Below are positions 20,747-30,256 of a stretch of DNA of 64,000 nt, one piece after another; position 1 is the first letter of the stretch, and each line of letters opens with the position of its first letter. The notes under the pieces were generated by a model. The model did no database searches. It was not told the origin of the DNA and saw only the letters and a program-made list of their open reading frames with translations. Made by a program: the position numbers and the translations under genes. The stretch covers positions 9,441 to 73,440 of the forward strand of contig JAHIUT010000038.1 of the NCBI GenBank assembly GCA_018817085.1. The letters are read 5' to 3'. Source of the stretch: Patescibacteria group bacterium. GTDB taxonomy: Bacteria; Patescibacteriota; WWE3; CG2-30-40-12.

Positions 20747-21142
20747 ATGGAGAAAAAAAAAGTTAAAACAAGTAAAAAGAAAATAGCCAAAGTGATAACC
20801 GGGTCAGGAAGAGCTTATATTTTAGCCACTTTTAATAATACGGTTATTACCATTACCGATACAAAAGGAAATGTTATTTGTTGGGGGAGTTGCGGACATT
20901 CCGGATTTAAGGGAGCTCGTAAATCCACGCCTTATGCCGCTACCGTAGCGTGCGACAATGTTGGTAAAAAGGCTATTGAAAAAGGGGTTAGGGAAGTCGC
21001 TGTTTATATCAAAGGTCCTGGTATGGGGAGGATACCTTCTGTTAAGGCGTTAAAGGCGGCGGGTTTAAATATTACTTCTATTACGGATAAAACATCCACG
21101 CCCCATAATGGTTGCCGGCCCAGAAAGAGGAGGAGGATGTAA
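20747..21142 (+). CDS. rpsK: 30S ribosomal protein S11
   Basis: TFNNT, RKSTPYAA, PHNGCRP. Confidence 0.98.
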   Translation: MEKKKVKTSKKKIAKVITGSGRAYILATFNNTVITITDTKGNVICWGSCGHSGFKGARKSTPYAATVACDNVGKKAIEKGVREVAVYIKGPGMGRIPSVKALKAAGLNITSITDKTSTPHNGCRPRKRRRM

Positions 21143-21144
21143 TT

Positions 21145-21750
21145 ATGACAAAAACTAGTCTTGGTCCGAAATGCAAATTGTGCAGGAGAGAAAGCGTGAA
21201 ACTTTTTTTAAAGGGCAGTAGGTGCGTAAGCGATAAATGCGCTATGGTAAGACATACGGCGGTTCCCGGTCAACATGGAACGAGAAGAAGGAGAACATCC
21301 AACTACGGGGCGCATCTTAGAGAGAAACAAAAAGTTAAAAGGATTTATGGGGTTAGTGAGAGGCAGTTTAAAAATTATTACACCGCCGCCGCCAGAAAAC
21401 AAGGGGTAACCGGTTCCTACTTATTACAGCTCCTTGAAAGGCGACTGGATAATGTGATATATAGACTTGGGCTTGCGGTAAGCAGAAGGCAGGCGCGGGT
21501 GTTGGTAAATCAAGGAAAATTTTTGCAAAATGGTAAACCTGTTAAAACCCCTTCCATTTTGGTTTTGGCAGGGGATACTATTAATATAAAAGAGGAGAAG
21601 GGTGTATTTGTTCAAGAAGACAGGGAGACTCCGCTTTGGCTTAAGTGGAACAAAAAATCAAAAGAGGGAACGGTGGTTGGACTGCCCGGTAGAGAGGACA
21701 TTGACGCGGATATAGATGAACAATTGATAGTTGAGTTTTATTCAAGGTAA
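21145..21750 (+). CDS. rpsD: 30S ribosomal protein S4
   Basis: CKLCRRE, LREKQK, LERRLDN, IVEFYSR; start ATG 21145. Confidence 0.97.
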   Translation: MTKTSLGPKCKLCRRESVKLFLKGSRCVSDKCAMVRHTAVPGQHGTRRRRTSNYGAHLREKQKVKRIYGVSERQFKNYYTAAARKQGVTGSYLLQLLERRLDNVIYRLGLAVSRRQARVLVNQGKFLQNGKPVKTPSILVLAGDTINIKEEKGVFVQEDRETPLWLKWNKKSKEGTVVGLPGREDIDADIDEQLIVEFYSR

Positions 21751-21807
21751 TCCATCCCGATACTTTAAATATATTAAATTTAGAGTTTTTGGTGGATTAT
21801 TTTTAGT

Positions 21808-22734
21808 ATGTTTTTAACTTCGCAAGATTTGAAGATAAGAAAGGAAAAGGTAAGCAAAGCCTGCGCAAGAATAGTTATTGAACCCCTTTCTGCGGGGTAT
21901 GCCAATACTTTAGGGAATTCCCTAAGAAGAATCCTCTTATCGTCCATAAAAGGAGCGGCGCCCACACAGGTAGAAATTGATGGTGTTTCGCATCAATTTA
22001 CTTCTATAAAAGGAGTAAAGGAAGATGTTGTGGAGTTGACTTTAAATTTGAAAAGGTTGAGAGTTAAACTTTATTCGGACAAACCGGTTGTTTTAACTTT
22101 AGACCAAAAAGGACCCAAAAAAGTTAAGGCGTCTGATTTTGAATGTCCTTCGGATGCCGAAATAGTTAGCAAAGATTTGCATATAGCCACTTTGGCGGAT
22201 GCTAAATCTTGTCTTAAATTATCTCTAGTTGTGGAACCGGGTTTTGGGTATGTGCCGGCGGAAGAAAGGCAAATATCAAAAATAGGAGTTATTGTTTTGG
22301 ATAGCGTTTTTAGTCCCGTTAAATCGGTTAATTTTACGGTGGGGTCCACTCGTGTGGGGCATAAAAGCGGGTTGGATAAGCTTACTTTAGAAATTACCAC
22401 TGACGAAACGGTGGACCCGTTTGTCGCTTTTAAGGACGCCGCCACCATATTGTCGGATTTTTTTAGCAGGCTTTCCACTGGCAAAGAAAGTGTTAAGGAG
22501 GAGCCTAAAGTTGAGGAGTCTTCTGCGCAAAACAGTCCCAACTACGAACCAAGTGATGTAATGATAGAAGAACTTCATTTGCCCACAAGAACCATAAACG
22601 CTCTTAGAAAGTCGGGTATTAAGACATTGGAAGATTTAACCAAATTGTCCAAGGACAACCTCTCCCAGATTAGGAATTTGGGTGAAAAATCTATAATTGA
22701 GATAGGAAAACTCTTGGAGAAAGAAGGGCTTTAA
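21808..22734 (+). CDS. rpoA: RNA polymerase alpha subunit
   Basis: TLGNSLRRILLSS, GVKEDV, FSPV, NLGEKS. Confidence 0.98.
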   Translation: MFLTSQDLKIRKEKVSKACARIVIEPLSAGYANTLGNSLRRILLSSIKGAAPTQVEIDGVSHQFTSIKGVKEDVVELTLNLKRLRVKLYSDKPVVLTLDQKGPKKVKASDFECPSDAEIVSKDLHIATLADAKSCLKLSLVVEPGFGYVPAEERQISKIGVIVLDSVFSPVKSVNFTVGSTRVGHKSGLDKLTLEITTDETVDPFVAFKDAATILSDFFSRLSTGKESVKEEPKVEESSAQNSPNYEPSDVMIEELHLPTRTINALRKSGIKTLEDLTKLSKDNLSQIRNLGEKSIIEIGKLLEKEGL

Positions 22735-22739
22735 GAAAA

Positions 22740-23168
22740 ATGAGGCATAGAGTTAAAAGAACGCATTTGAATAGGGATTATGATCATAGACGAGCTTTGC
22801 TTAAAAACCTTGTTAGGTCTTTTGTGATTAATGGTTTTATTAAAACCACAAAACCCAAAGCGGTATTTTTAAGACCAAAAGTGGAACGGTTAGTGAGATG
22901 GGCAAAAAAGGGGGATGTTAACGCAAGGAGAAAACTTTTGGCGGATATACCCGATGGCAAGATAGTATCCAAATTTATTGAAGACGCCAAAGTTTTTAAA
23001 GACAAGCAAGGTGGGTACACAAAAATGGTTAATTTAGGCACTCGCCTTGGGGACAGGGCTAGTATGGTTAAGTTGGAATGGTCAAAAATGCCAAAAAAAG
23101 AGGTATCTGTTAAAAAAGAGGAAGAAGTGGAGGGTAAAAAAATTAAAAAGGAAGTTAAAGACAAATGA
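22740..23168 (+). CDS. rplQ: 50S ribosomal protein L17
   Basis: MRHR, HRRALLKNL, GGYT, RLGD. Confidence 0.96.
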   Translation: MRHRVKRTHLNRDYDHRRALLKNLVRSFVINGFIKTTKPKAVFLRPKVERLVRWAKKGDVNARRKLLADIPDGKIVSKFIEDAKVFKDKQGGYTKMVNLGTRLGDRASMVKLEWSKMPKKEVSVKKEEEVEGKKIKKEVKDK

Positions 23169-23584
23169 AAGGACAAACAAAAGCGGTAAAAAAGAAGGAT
23201 ATAAAAGTGAAATGGCATTTAATTAATGCCGAGGGGTTTGTTATGGGAAGACTAGCTTCCGACATAGCTCAAATTTTGGCAGGAAAAAATAAAACCGATT
23301 TTTCGTTTAATCAAAATTGCGGAGATAAAGTGGTGGTTATTAATGTTTCCAAGATTGTTCTTTCGGGGGGCAAAGAAAAGAAGAAAAAGTATTATCGTCA
23401 CACGGGTTTTATGGGGGGTTTAAAAGAGGAATCTTACGAAAAATTAGTTTTGAGAAAGCCTACCGAAGCTTTGTTTCGGGCTGTGAGAGGAATGCTTCCT
23501 GTTAACAGGTTAAGGAGGGAACGGCTTAACAATCTGTATTTATATGTTGATGAAAAGCATCCTCATACCAATATTAGTAAGTAA
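23165..23584 (+). CDS. rplM: 50S ribosomal protein L13
   Basis: GRLAS, GDKVVVIN, HTGFMGGLK, AVRGMLP. Confidence 0.97.
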   Translation: MKGQTKAVKKKDIKVKWHLINAEGFVMGRLASDIAQILAGKNKTDFSFNQNCGDKVVVINVSKIVLSGGKEKKKKYYRHTGFMGGLKEESYEKLVLRKPTEALFRAVRGMLPVNRLRRERLNNLYLYVDEKHPHTNISK

Positions 23585-23586
23585 TT

Positions 23587-24000
23587 ATGCCTAAAAAAAT
23601 AGAAAAAAAATTTTATAGCGGAACAGGAAAAAGAAAAAGAGCGGTTGCGGCGGTGTGGCTTTACGACAAAAAAGGAGATATAACAATAAACGGAAAACCT
23701 GTGGAAGAATGTTTTAAAACAGAAAAGGAAAAGTTGGTTTGGGTAAAACCCTTTCATACTGTTGGAGTTGCCCACCCTACCGCTAAATTCAGCGCCACGG
23801 TAAAACTTTTTGGAGGCGGAAAAACCTCGCAAGTAGAGGCTTTGGCTTTGGGTATTTCTAAAGCTTTAATTTCCTACAATGAAGAATTTAGGGCAAAGCT
23901 TAGAAACGCAGGTCTCTTAACAAGGGATTCCCGTGCGGTTGAGAGCAAAAAGTATTACAAACGCAAGGCGCGCAAAAAACAACAGTATTCAAAGAGGTAA
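23587..24000 (+). CDS. rpsI: 30S ribosomal protein S9
   Basis: GTGKRKRAVA, GGG, LTRDSR, QYSKR. Confidence 0.97.
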   Translation: MPKKIEKKFYSGTGKRKRAVAAVWLYDKKGDITINGKPVEECFKTEKEKLVWVKPFHTVGVAHPTAKFSATVKLFGGGKTSQVEALALGISKALISYNEEFRAKLRNAGLLTRDSRAVESKKYYKRKARKKQQYSKR

Positions 24001-24007
24001 AATTTTA

Positions 24008-24039
24008 ATTGTTTCATTGTTATATTGTTGTATTGTTAA
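24008..24039. repeat. Four tandem 8-mers ATTGTTNN
   Basis: ATTGTTTC ATTGTTAT ATTGTTGT ATTGTTAA between convergent rpsI and rmuC. Confidence 0.55.
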
Positions 24040-24067
24040 AATTTTTATGAGAGTTTTTATATCTTTT

Positions 24068-25249
24068 CTAGGGTGTGGGGAGGTTTTTGTTGGGAGAGCT
24101 TTCAGGGAGGTTTTGGACTTTATTTAGTTTTCGTTCTATTGTCCTTGACTTTGAGCTGGCGGATTCTATGGTATGGGAGGCTTCTTCCAATTTTTTATGC
24201 GTTTTGTCCAAAAGGTCGGCAAAAATCCCAAACTCGGTTTTAATTGAACCTAAAAGTTCCCAAACAATACTTGTCCTTTTTTCAATTGCCAAAGTTCTAA
24301 ACCCCATTTGCAAACTGTTCAACATTGCTGATATGGTGGTTGGTCCCGCAACAGACACGCGGTACACTCTTTGAATTTTGTCGGCGAGCCCTGCGATACT
24401 TAATACTTCGGCAAAAAGTCCTTCGGTTGGAAGATACAAAATACCATAATCCGTAGTATGCGGGGGGTCTATGTATTTTTCTTTAATGGTTTTGGCTTCT
24501 TCTTTTATTCTATTTTCTAAGGCTTTGGTTAGTTGTTCTATAAGGAAAATATCCGCTTTATCTTTTGCCACTTGGATTTTTTGGTAATCTTCCAGCGGAA
24601 ATTTAGCGTCTATTGGGAGATATACGAAGGAATTTTCTTCACCTCTTCCCGGCATTTTTATGGCGAATTCCACTCTTTCGTTACTACCTTTTTTAGTGGC
24701 GACATTCTTTTCGTATTGGTCGGAGGTTAATATCTGGGACAACAAATTTTCTAATTGCACTTCGCCCCAAACTCCTCTGGTTTTTATATTGGACAAAACC
24801 TTTTTTAAATCGCCCACGCCTGATGCCAAAGTTTGCATTTCCCCAAGACCTTTATAGACTTGTTCCAGTTGGTTACTTACAAGTTTAAATTTTTCGCCAA
24901 GCCGTTTCTCCAGAGTTTCGTGCAGTTTCTCGTCCACGGTGGCGCGCATTTTTTCAAGCTTTTCGCTGTTGTCTTTTTGTATAGTCTCAAGTCTTTTTTC
25001 TATAATATCCCCCAAGCCTTTGAATAGGTTTGAGATTTCTTCCCTGATTCTCTTTTCATTGTCCGAAGATTCTGTTCTGTTTAGTTTTATTTCATCCCTA
25101 ACGGTTTTTTCGGTTCTTTCCTGAAGTTTTTCTAAATTGGATAAACTTTGCTCAACGCTATACCCGTCCTTTTTTTTAGTTGTTAGATAAAACAGAAGCG
25201 CTAGATTAATAAGGCTTATGATTGTTAATAGGATTGTTTCTACCGGCAT
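24068..25249 (-). CDS. rmuC: DNA recombination protein RmuC
   Basis: KTRGVWGEVQL, IDAKFP, PTEGLFAE, GPTT; likely start ATG 25249. Confidence 0.93.
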   Translation of the reverse strand: MPVETILLTIISLINLALLFYLTTKKKDGYSVEQSLSNLEKLQERTEKTVRDEIKLNRTESSDNEKRIREEISNLFKGLGDIIEKRLETIQKDNSEKLEKMRATVDEKLHETLEKRLGEKFKLVSNQLEQVYKGLGEMQTLASGVGDLKKVLSNIKTRGVWGEVQLENLLSQILTSDQYEKNVATKKGSNERVEFAIKMPGRGEENSFVYLPIDAKFPLEDYQKIQVAKDKADIFLIEQLTKALENRIKEEAKTIKEKYIDPPHTTDYGILYLPTEGLFAEVLSIAGLADKIQRVYRVSVAGPTTISAMLNSLQMGFRTLAIEKRTSIVWELLGSIKTEFGIFADLLDKTHKKLEEASHTIESASSKSRTIERKLNKVQNLPESSPNKNLPTP

Positions 25250-25322
25250 AGATTTATTATAGCAAGATAACTCTATTTTCAACAGAGGTTTTTCCTAATA
25301 AGGTAATACTTGAATGCAGGTA

Positions 25323-25351
25323 TTGACAGTTGGTAACTTGTTACTTATAAT
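25323..25351 (+). promoter_or_regulatory. vapBC promoter with palindromic operator
   Basis: TTGACA-17 bp-TATAAT; GTAAC-TT-GTTAC inverted repeat in the spacer. Confidence 0.7.
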
Positions 25352-25360
25352 AGGGGAGTT

Positions 25361-25597
25361 ATGAAAGAGTACATTACTACAGTAACTCAAAAAGGGCAGG
25401 TTACCATTCCTAAAATTTTAAGGGACGCTGTTGGAATTGAAACATATAAAAAAGTTTCTGTTAAGTCCAAAGGTAAATATATTTTTATTTACCCTAATAA
25501 AGATATATTGGATATTGCGGGAAAAATTAAAACGCAAAATAAAAAACCCGCGTTATTGGCAAGGGAATATTTAGAGAAAGGATATGAAAGAAATTAA
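25361..25597 (+). CDS. AbrB/MazE-type antitoxin (VapB-like)
   Basis: VTQKGQVTIPK swapped-hairpin motif. Confidence 0.88.
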   Translation: MKEYITTVTQKGQVTIPKILRDAVGIETYKKVSVKSKGKYIFIYPNKDILDIAGKIKTQNKKPALLAREYLEKGYERN

Positions 25598-26027
25598 TAC
25601 ATACTTTATTGACACCAATGTTTTTTTAAGAACCCTTATAAAGGAAGATAAGAACACTTTTAATGATTGTTTAGCCTTTTTTGAGAAAGTTAAAAACAAC
25701 AAATGCAAAGCGGTGACGGCAAGTATTGTTATTGCGGAGGTTGTATGGACGCTTTTATCTTTTTACAAAGTTTCCAAATCCGAAGTGATTATGGCGGTTA
25801 ATTCAATTAAAAATATGCGGGGGTTATCCATCATAGACGGTTATGATATAAAAACCGCTTTACAACTATTTGAGGATAACAATGTAAAATTTATTGATTG
25901 TATGATAGCGTCCACAAAAAGTGTTTCTAAAGACAAAATAACAATAGTTTCGTTTGACAAGGATTTTGATAAATTAGGAATTGCCAGAAAAGAACCGAAA
26001 CAGATAGCTTCTGTTTTATCTCTATAA
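25584..26027 (+). CDS. PIN-domain toxin (VapC-like)
   Basis: FIDTNVF, IAEV, FIDC, SFDKDFD. Confidence 0.9.
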   Translation: MKEINTYFIDTNVFLRTLIKEDKNTFNDCLAFFEKVKNNKCKAVTASIVIAEVVWTLLSFYKVSKSEVIMAVNSIKNMRGLSIIDGYDIKTALQLFEDNNVKFIDCMIASTKSVSKDKITIVSFDKDFDKLGIARKEPKQIASVLSL

Positions 26028-26113
26028 TCAAAAACACACCATTCCAAAAACAACCCGTCTACATGGGCAATATTTTTAAGCAGATTTTCTGTCATAGTTA
26101 AAATTATTGGAAT

Positions 26114-27181
26114 TTAATTGCAAACTACATAATGTAAATATTCGATTGTTTTGTTTGCTGTGTAGTCTCTATTTTCTGACTTATCGGCTTTAAACCTGTT
26201 ATATTCTTTCGTAAAATTTCCATATTTGCCCCGCAGGCTCATTATTTCCTTAATATCGTCCAAAGTCATCAAACCCTCGTTGTTATAGCTCAAAAAAATG
26301 TATTTTGCTTTTACCTTTAAAATCAAATCTTCAAATGTTTTTTTAACTTGGGGTACCGAACAGTAAAGCGATTTTTGATTTTGGTAGCTACGCAATCCTG
26401 TTTTTCCGTGAATTTCGGGATTGTCATATCTTGCAATAGTTTCGAGCAGGTGATAATTTGTAGCATATTGTCTATGATTATAGGGAGGGTCCAAATACAC
26501 AATGTCCCCGTTAACTTTTTCAGCCACAATATTTACATCCTCATTAAAAACCTTGTGTTTTCTGTCATTGATTATTAGTTCAGCTGGTTTCAAAACCAAA
26601 GTATTTTGAGCAGTCCTCTTTAGTTTTTTTAGGAAGGCCCCGTAAACAGAAGCTGTGTTTGCGTGTTTATCCACTGACTCCACCAAACTTGCAATCAAAA
26701 AATAGTATTCGTTTTCGGAAATCCGCTTTTCTTTTTTCCAGTTTTCAATTTTTTGGCGGATGTCATCACACAACATTCCGTTTTTATCAGAGAAATATTG
26801 CCGTTGCTCTTTTTCATCTTTTGTCCCTCCAAGGCAGTAATTTTTGTAAATAAATCCTTTCTTGCCTTTTAAGAGTGAAAGATAATCACAAACAAATCTT
26901 TTCCGATTCTTTATTTCAATATTTTTTAATTCGGGAATTTTCTTTCCGAGTTTTGAAAAAAACAACTCTTTGTGATTGCCGATGTAGTGTCTATTTAAAA
27001 CATAACTGTAATATTGAATGTCATTTGCGATTATTTTATAACCCCTTTTCTTGAAATAACTTCCAACGATTCCTGTTCCCGCAAACAGGTCACAAAAAGT
27101 AGCACAGTTTTTATCTACTACTTTGTTTATTGAATCTTCCAAAAATTCTAACAATGATAATTTACTGCCGATATAATTCAT
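26114..27181 (-). CDS. DNA adenine methyltransferase (D12/alpha class)
   Basis: NYIGSK, DLFAGTG, YLDPPYN, LSYNNEG. Confidence 0.92.
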   Translation of the reverse strand: MNYIGSKLSLLEFLEDSINKVVDKNCATFCDLFAGTGIVGSYFKKRGYKIIANDIQYYSYVLNRHYIGNHKELFFSKLGKKIPELKNIEIKNRKRFVCDYLSLLKGKKGFIYKNYCLGGTKDEKEQRQYFSDKNGMLCDDIRQKIENWKKEKRISENEYYFLIASLVESVDKHANTASVYGAFLKKLKRTAQNTLVLKPAELIINDRKHKVFNEDVNIVAEKVNGDIVYLDPPYNHRQYATNYHLLETIARYDNPEIHGKTGLRSYQNQKSLYCSVPQVKKTFEDLILKVKAKYIFLSYNNEGLMTLDDIKEIMSLRGKYGNFTKEYNRFKADKSENRDYTANKTIEYLHYVVCN

Positions 27182-27185
27182 AATT

Positions 27186-28085
27186 TTAATTATGCAATAA
27201 GATTACAAAGCAAGGTGCTTTGTAATTTTTCTCGCCTTGAATTTTATGCTTATAAGCAAAATTGATTTCAAGTGGATTATCTAAATCGGTTTTATTTATA
27301 ATCTTTCTTATTTTCTCAATTGAAACATCCTCGTCAATATAAACAACTAGTAATCTTGGGTCGGCTCCAAATCTACCCTCGTCTTGATGTTTGTAAAGAT
27401 ATTCCGCAACAAGCTCCGGTTTGTTAATTGCTGTTTCGCGCCATTTATCTTTGAAATGTCTTTTGAACTCGTCGGTTGGACTTTTTGCAACCTTTTGATC
27501 AAAAGAAATTCCATTGATGAAAAAATCCACACCTCGCCTATGATTCAATGTCGGCAAAATATTGCTATTTTTTTCGAAAATCAATGTTTCTATAAAATCA
27601 TTTCTAACAGTGTTGATTTCCTTTATTCGTCTATATTTTACAGCGGCGACTCTTACTTTTTCATCTTTAACAAATCCATTTTCTTTCTCAGAATTCACTC
27701 TTTGCACAAAGTCATCAAAAGCTCCTTGCGAAAAAGGCCACGCAATATAGCCCAATTTCAATGATCTCCATTCCTTAATAAGCACATCCATTGCGCTGTC
27801 GGCCTCTTTCCCGCTTTTATATTTTTCAGTCTCTTTAAAAATACTCCTGATTACTTTTTTGCTTGCCTCATAATTCCAGCTATCAACAACGGCTTTCCAA
27901 AGTTCCTTTGTATCTAAATCCAAAACCTTTTTACCAGCATTCTGTCCTCGACTAATAGTTCTAAATTTTAGAGAGGGTACCTGTTTTATATAATTTAAGC
28001 GCAATAAATATTCCGTTGCCTTTTCTTGGCTACCAATAATTTTGTGCGCCAAATCCTCTGATAATTTTGATTTAATGTATTCCAT
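27186..28085 (-). CDS. Putative restriction endonuclease
   Basis: GVDFFINGISFDQK (D-X8-D-X-K); lies between two MTases. Confidence 0.6.
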   Translation of the reverse strand: MEYIKSKLSEDLAHKIIGSQEKATEYLLRLNYIKQVPSLKFRTISRGQNAGKKVLDLDTKELWKAVVDSWNYEASKKVIRSIFKETEKYKSGKEADSAMDVLIKEWRSLKLGYIAWPFSQGAFDDFVQRVNSEKENGFVKDEKVRVAAVKYRRIKEINTVRNDFIETLIFEKNSNILPTLNHRRGVDFFINGISFDQKVAKSPTDEFKRHFKDKWRETAINKPELVAEYLYKHQDEGRFGADPRLLVVYIDEDVSIEKIRKIINKTDLDNPLEINFAYKHKIQGEKNYKAPCFVILLHN

Positions 28086-28087
28086 AA

Positions 28088-28870
28088 TTATTTTTTGAAA
28101 ATTAAAATATACTCGTGCTTAAAAATATAATAATCGCTGGATAATGCTCTATATCTCCATATTGCCTCTTTATTTTGTTTAGCTCTATTACCGCTCATAT
28201 TTTTAATTATAATACTTTTTAGCGTAAGCCCCAACTTTTTAGCTTCATCTAAGCAATAAAATCCTAATGGGACCCATTTACTTTGTGTATATTTATCACC
28301 AATAACGATTGCCAAATACCTGTCGTCATCTAAAATTTCAATGGTGTTTTTCAAAACCAGTGAAAACTTTTCTAAGAACTCTTTAAGTGATTTGGCATTT
28401 GATAGATCATCTTTCAAGTTGCTAAATTTAATAATATCAGCATAGGGGGGGTGCAAAATTGCTAATTGCACCTTTGTCCTTTGCTTTTTATTTAATACTT
28501 GGGCTATGCCAAAAAAAGTATTTTTGTCAGCACTATCTCCAGAAATAAGTTCTGCAAAGTAACTTTTGTTATCTACCTTGTTTTTAATGTGATTTATAAG
28601 TTCCGGTTGGATATCAACACCAACAAAATTTCTGCCCAAACTTTCGGCCTCATACGCGGTCGTTCCACTTCCGACAAATGGATCAAAAACAACATCGTTT
28701 TTCTTTGTGTACCGTAAAATTAATTGACGAGGAATTTGCGGGACAAAATTGCCATGATAAAAGCCGTCGTGTTTTCCTGATTTATCTCGTTCCGGTATAA
28801 TCCATAAACTATCCGTCCAAATTTCGGTATTTTTCCAATCCGCTAAATTTATATCATTGAAGTTTGGCAT
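28088..28870 (-). CDS. Amino DNA methyltransferase (HPPY type)
   Basis: HGNFVPQI, DPFVGSGTT, ILHPPY, HEYILIF. Confidence 0.88.
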   Translation of the reverse strand: MPNFNDINLADWKNTEIWTDSLWIIPERDKSGKHDGFYHGNFVPQIPRQLILRYTKKNDVVFDPFVGSGTTAYEAESLGRNFVGVDIQPELINHIKNKVDNKSYFAELISGDSADKNTFFGIAQVLNKKQRTKVQLAILHPPYADIIKFSNLKDDLSNAKSLKEFLEKFSLVLKNTIEILDDDRYLAIVIGDKYTQSKWVPLGFYCLDEAKKLGLTLKSIIIKNMSGNRAKQNKEAIWRYRALSSDYYIFKHEYILIFKK

Positions 28871-29049
28871 GATTTTTTTATTAAATCCTCAACAATTCCA
28901 TTTAATTTCAAACTCGCCTTTTCCATGTGCGGGGAAATTTTAACGCCTTAATCTTTGTAAATTATACCATTTATTTGTGGGGGGAGTTGAAGTTTCATAC
29001 ATAGTGGGCTGACCCCAAAATATTAAAATGCATAAAGGAATATCCTCCT

Positions 29050-29077
29050 TTGCCCTTCGATTCTGGCTCGCCTTCGC
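29050..29077. repeat. 28-bp direct repeat, copy 1
   Basis: TTGCCCTTCGATTCTGGCTCGCCTTCGC, identical to 32487-32514. Confidence 0.9.
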
Positions 29078-29115
29078 CGCCGCAATTTTTCGTGCCAACA
29101 AAGTTGGCGCGCCGC

Positions 29116-30252
29116 CTAAATCTTACTGAATTCTATCAAACTTTTTCGGTATATTTCAAATATCTTTGGAATTGTATCTATGTTTATCCATTCGTTTGGT
29201 GCGTGAACATTATTACTATCCACGCCGAAAGCGTTAATGATCGGGATATTAAGTTTACTGATAACATTTCCTATGCTTCCTTGACCGCTCGCGACAAGCG
29301 AAATTTCTTGGTCTAAAACTTCGCTTGCAGTATTTTTCAAAATTTGTACGAAAGAATTTTTGGAATCGGTTAGATATGCCTGTTCATGCTGTAAAATTTC
29401 TAAATTATGCTGGACTTTTAACTCATCCAGCTTTGCTTTTATTATGTCCAAAACTTCGTCTTTTGTTTGCGACGGAAGTAAACGAATATCTATATTTGCT
29501 TCGCACTTATCCGGCACAATATTGATTGCCACCCCGCCGTTGATTTGAGAAATATTGAGCGATGAGCCAAATTCAAAAAACGGTTCCGTTTTTTGGTCAA
29601 GATTTAGAGAAGTTATTACATTGATAACTTTACCCATTGCATGAATTGCGTTTATTCCTTTATTCGTTCTGCTTCCTGTGTGTGCCGATTTGCCAAGAAT
29701 AGTAATTTTGATTCGTAGCCAACCACGAGCACCGATTGAGATTTCATTTATTCCTTGATAGCCGAGAATACAAGTATCGGCTTTCGGTGCATGTTTAATA
29801 ACTTCTTTAACTCCAGTAAAATTTCCTGTTTGTTCATCTGCGTCAAAGCCAAGAAAAAACGAGGCATTAAAATTTTTATCTTCGGACAGTTCTTTTACGA
29901 GATGACAAAATAAAGCGATTGCAATTTTTGAATCTGCCGTGCCTCGGCCATACATTTTGTTGTCGATGATTTTTGCCTCAAAAGGCGGATGTTCCCATTT
30001 TTCGACATCGCCAGCCGGAACAGTATCCAAACAACTTTCAAGCCAAATTGTTTTAGATGGGTTTTCTTTTTTAATATGACAGATAACAGACGGGTGCTCT
30101 TTTGGTCCAATAATTTCGGGCTTAAAACCAAAACTTTTCAGCTTGTCAAAAACCAAATTAGCAATGCCGCTTTCCGAATCAATAAAATTCTGCGACGGCA
30201 TCGCAACCAATTTTTGCGTAAATTCAATAATTTGTTTAGTAATATTATCCAT
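29116..30252 (-). CDS. M20 family metallopeptidase/amidohydrolase (ArgE/DapE-like) with altered metal ligands
   Basis: DTVP, YGRGTADSK, ADEQ, GKSAH, GGVAINIVPD, HAPNE; likely start ATG 30252. Confidence 0.85.
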   Translation of the reverse strand: MDNITKQIIEFTQKLVAMPSQNFIDSESGIANLVFDKLKSFGFKPEIIGPKEHPSVICHIKKENPSKTIWLESCLDTVPAGDVEKWEHPPFEAKIIDNKMYGRGTADSKIAIALFCHLVKELSEDKNFNASFFLGFDADEQTGNFTGVKEVIKHAPKADTCILGYQGINEISIGARGWLRIKITILGKSAHTGSRTNKGINAIHAMGKVINVITSLNLDQKTEPFFEFGSSLNISQINGGVAINIVPDKCEANIDIRLLPSQTKDEVLDIIKAKLDELKVQHNLEILQHEQAYLTDSKNSFVQILKNTASEVLDQEISLVASGQGSIGNVISKLNIPIINAFGVDSNNVHAPNEWINIDTIPKIFEIYRKSLIEFSKI

Positions 30253-30256
30253 ATTT

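Noticed and set aside
25841-26095. ORF MTENLLKN... as a fourth gene of the RM module
   Set aside because: About three quarters overlaps vapC antisense; at most a short N-terminal remnant that cannot be assigned.
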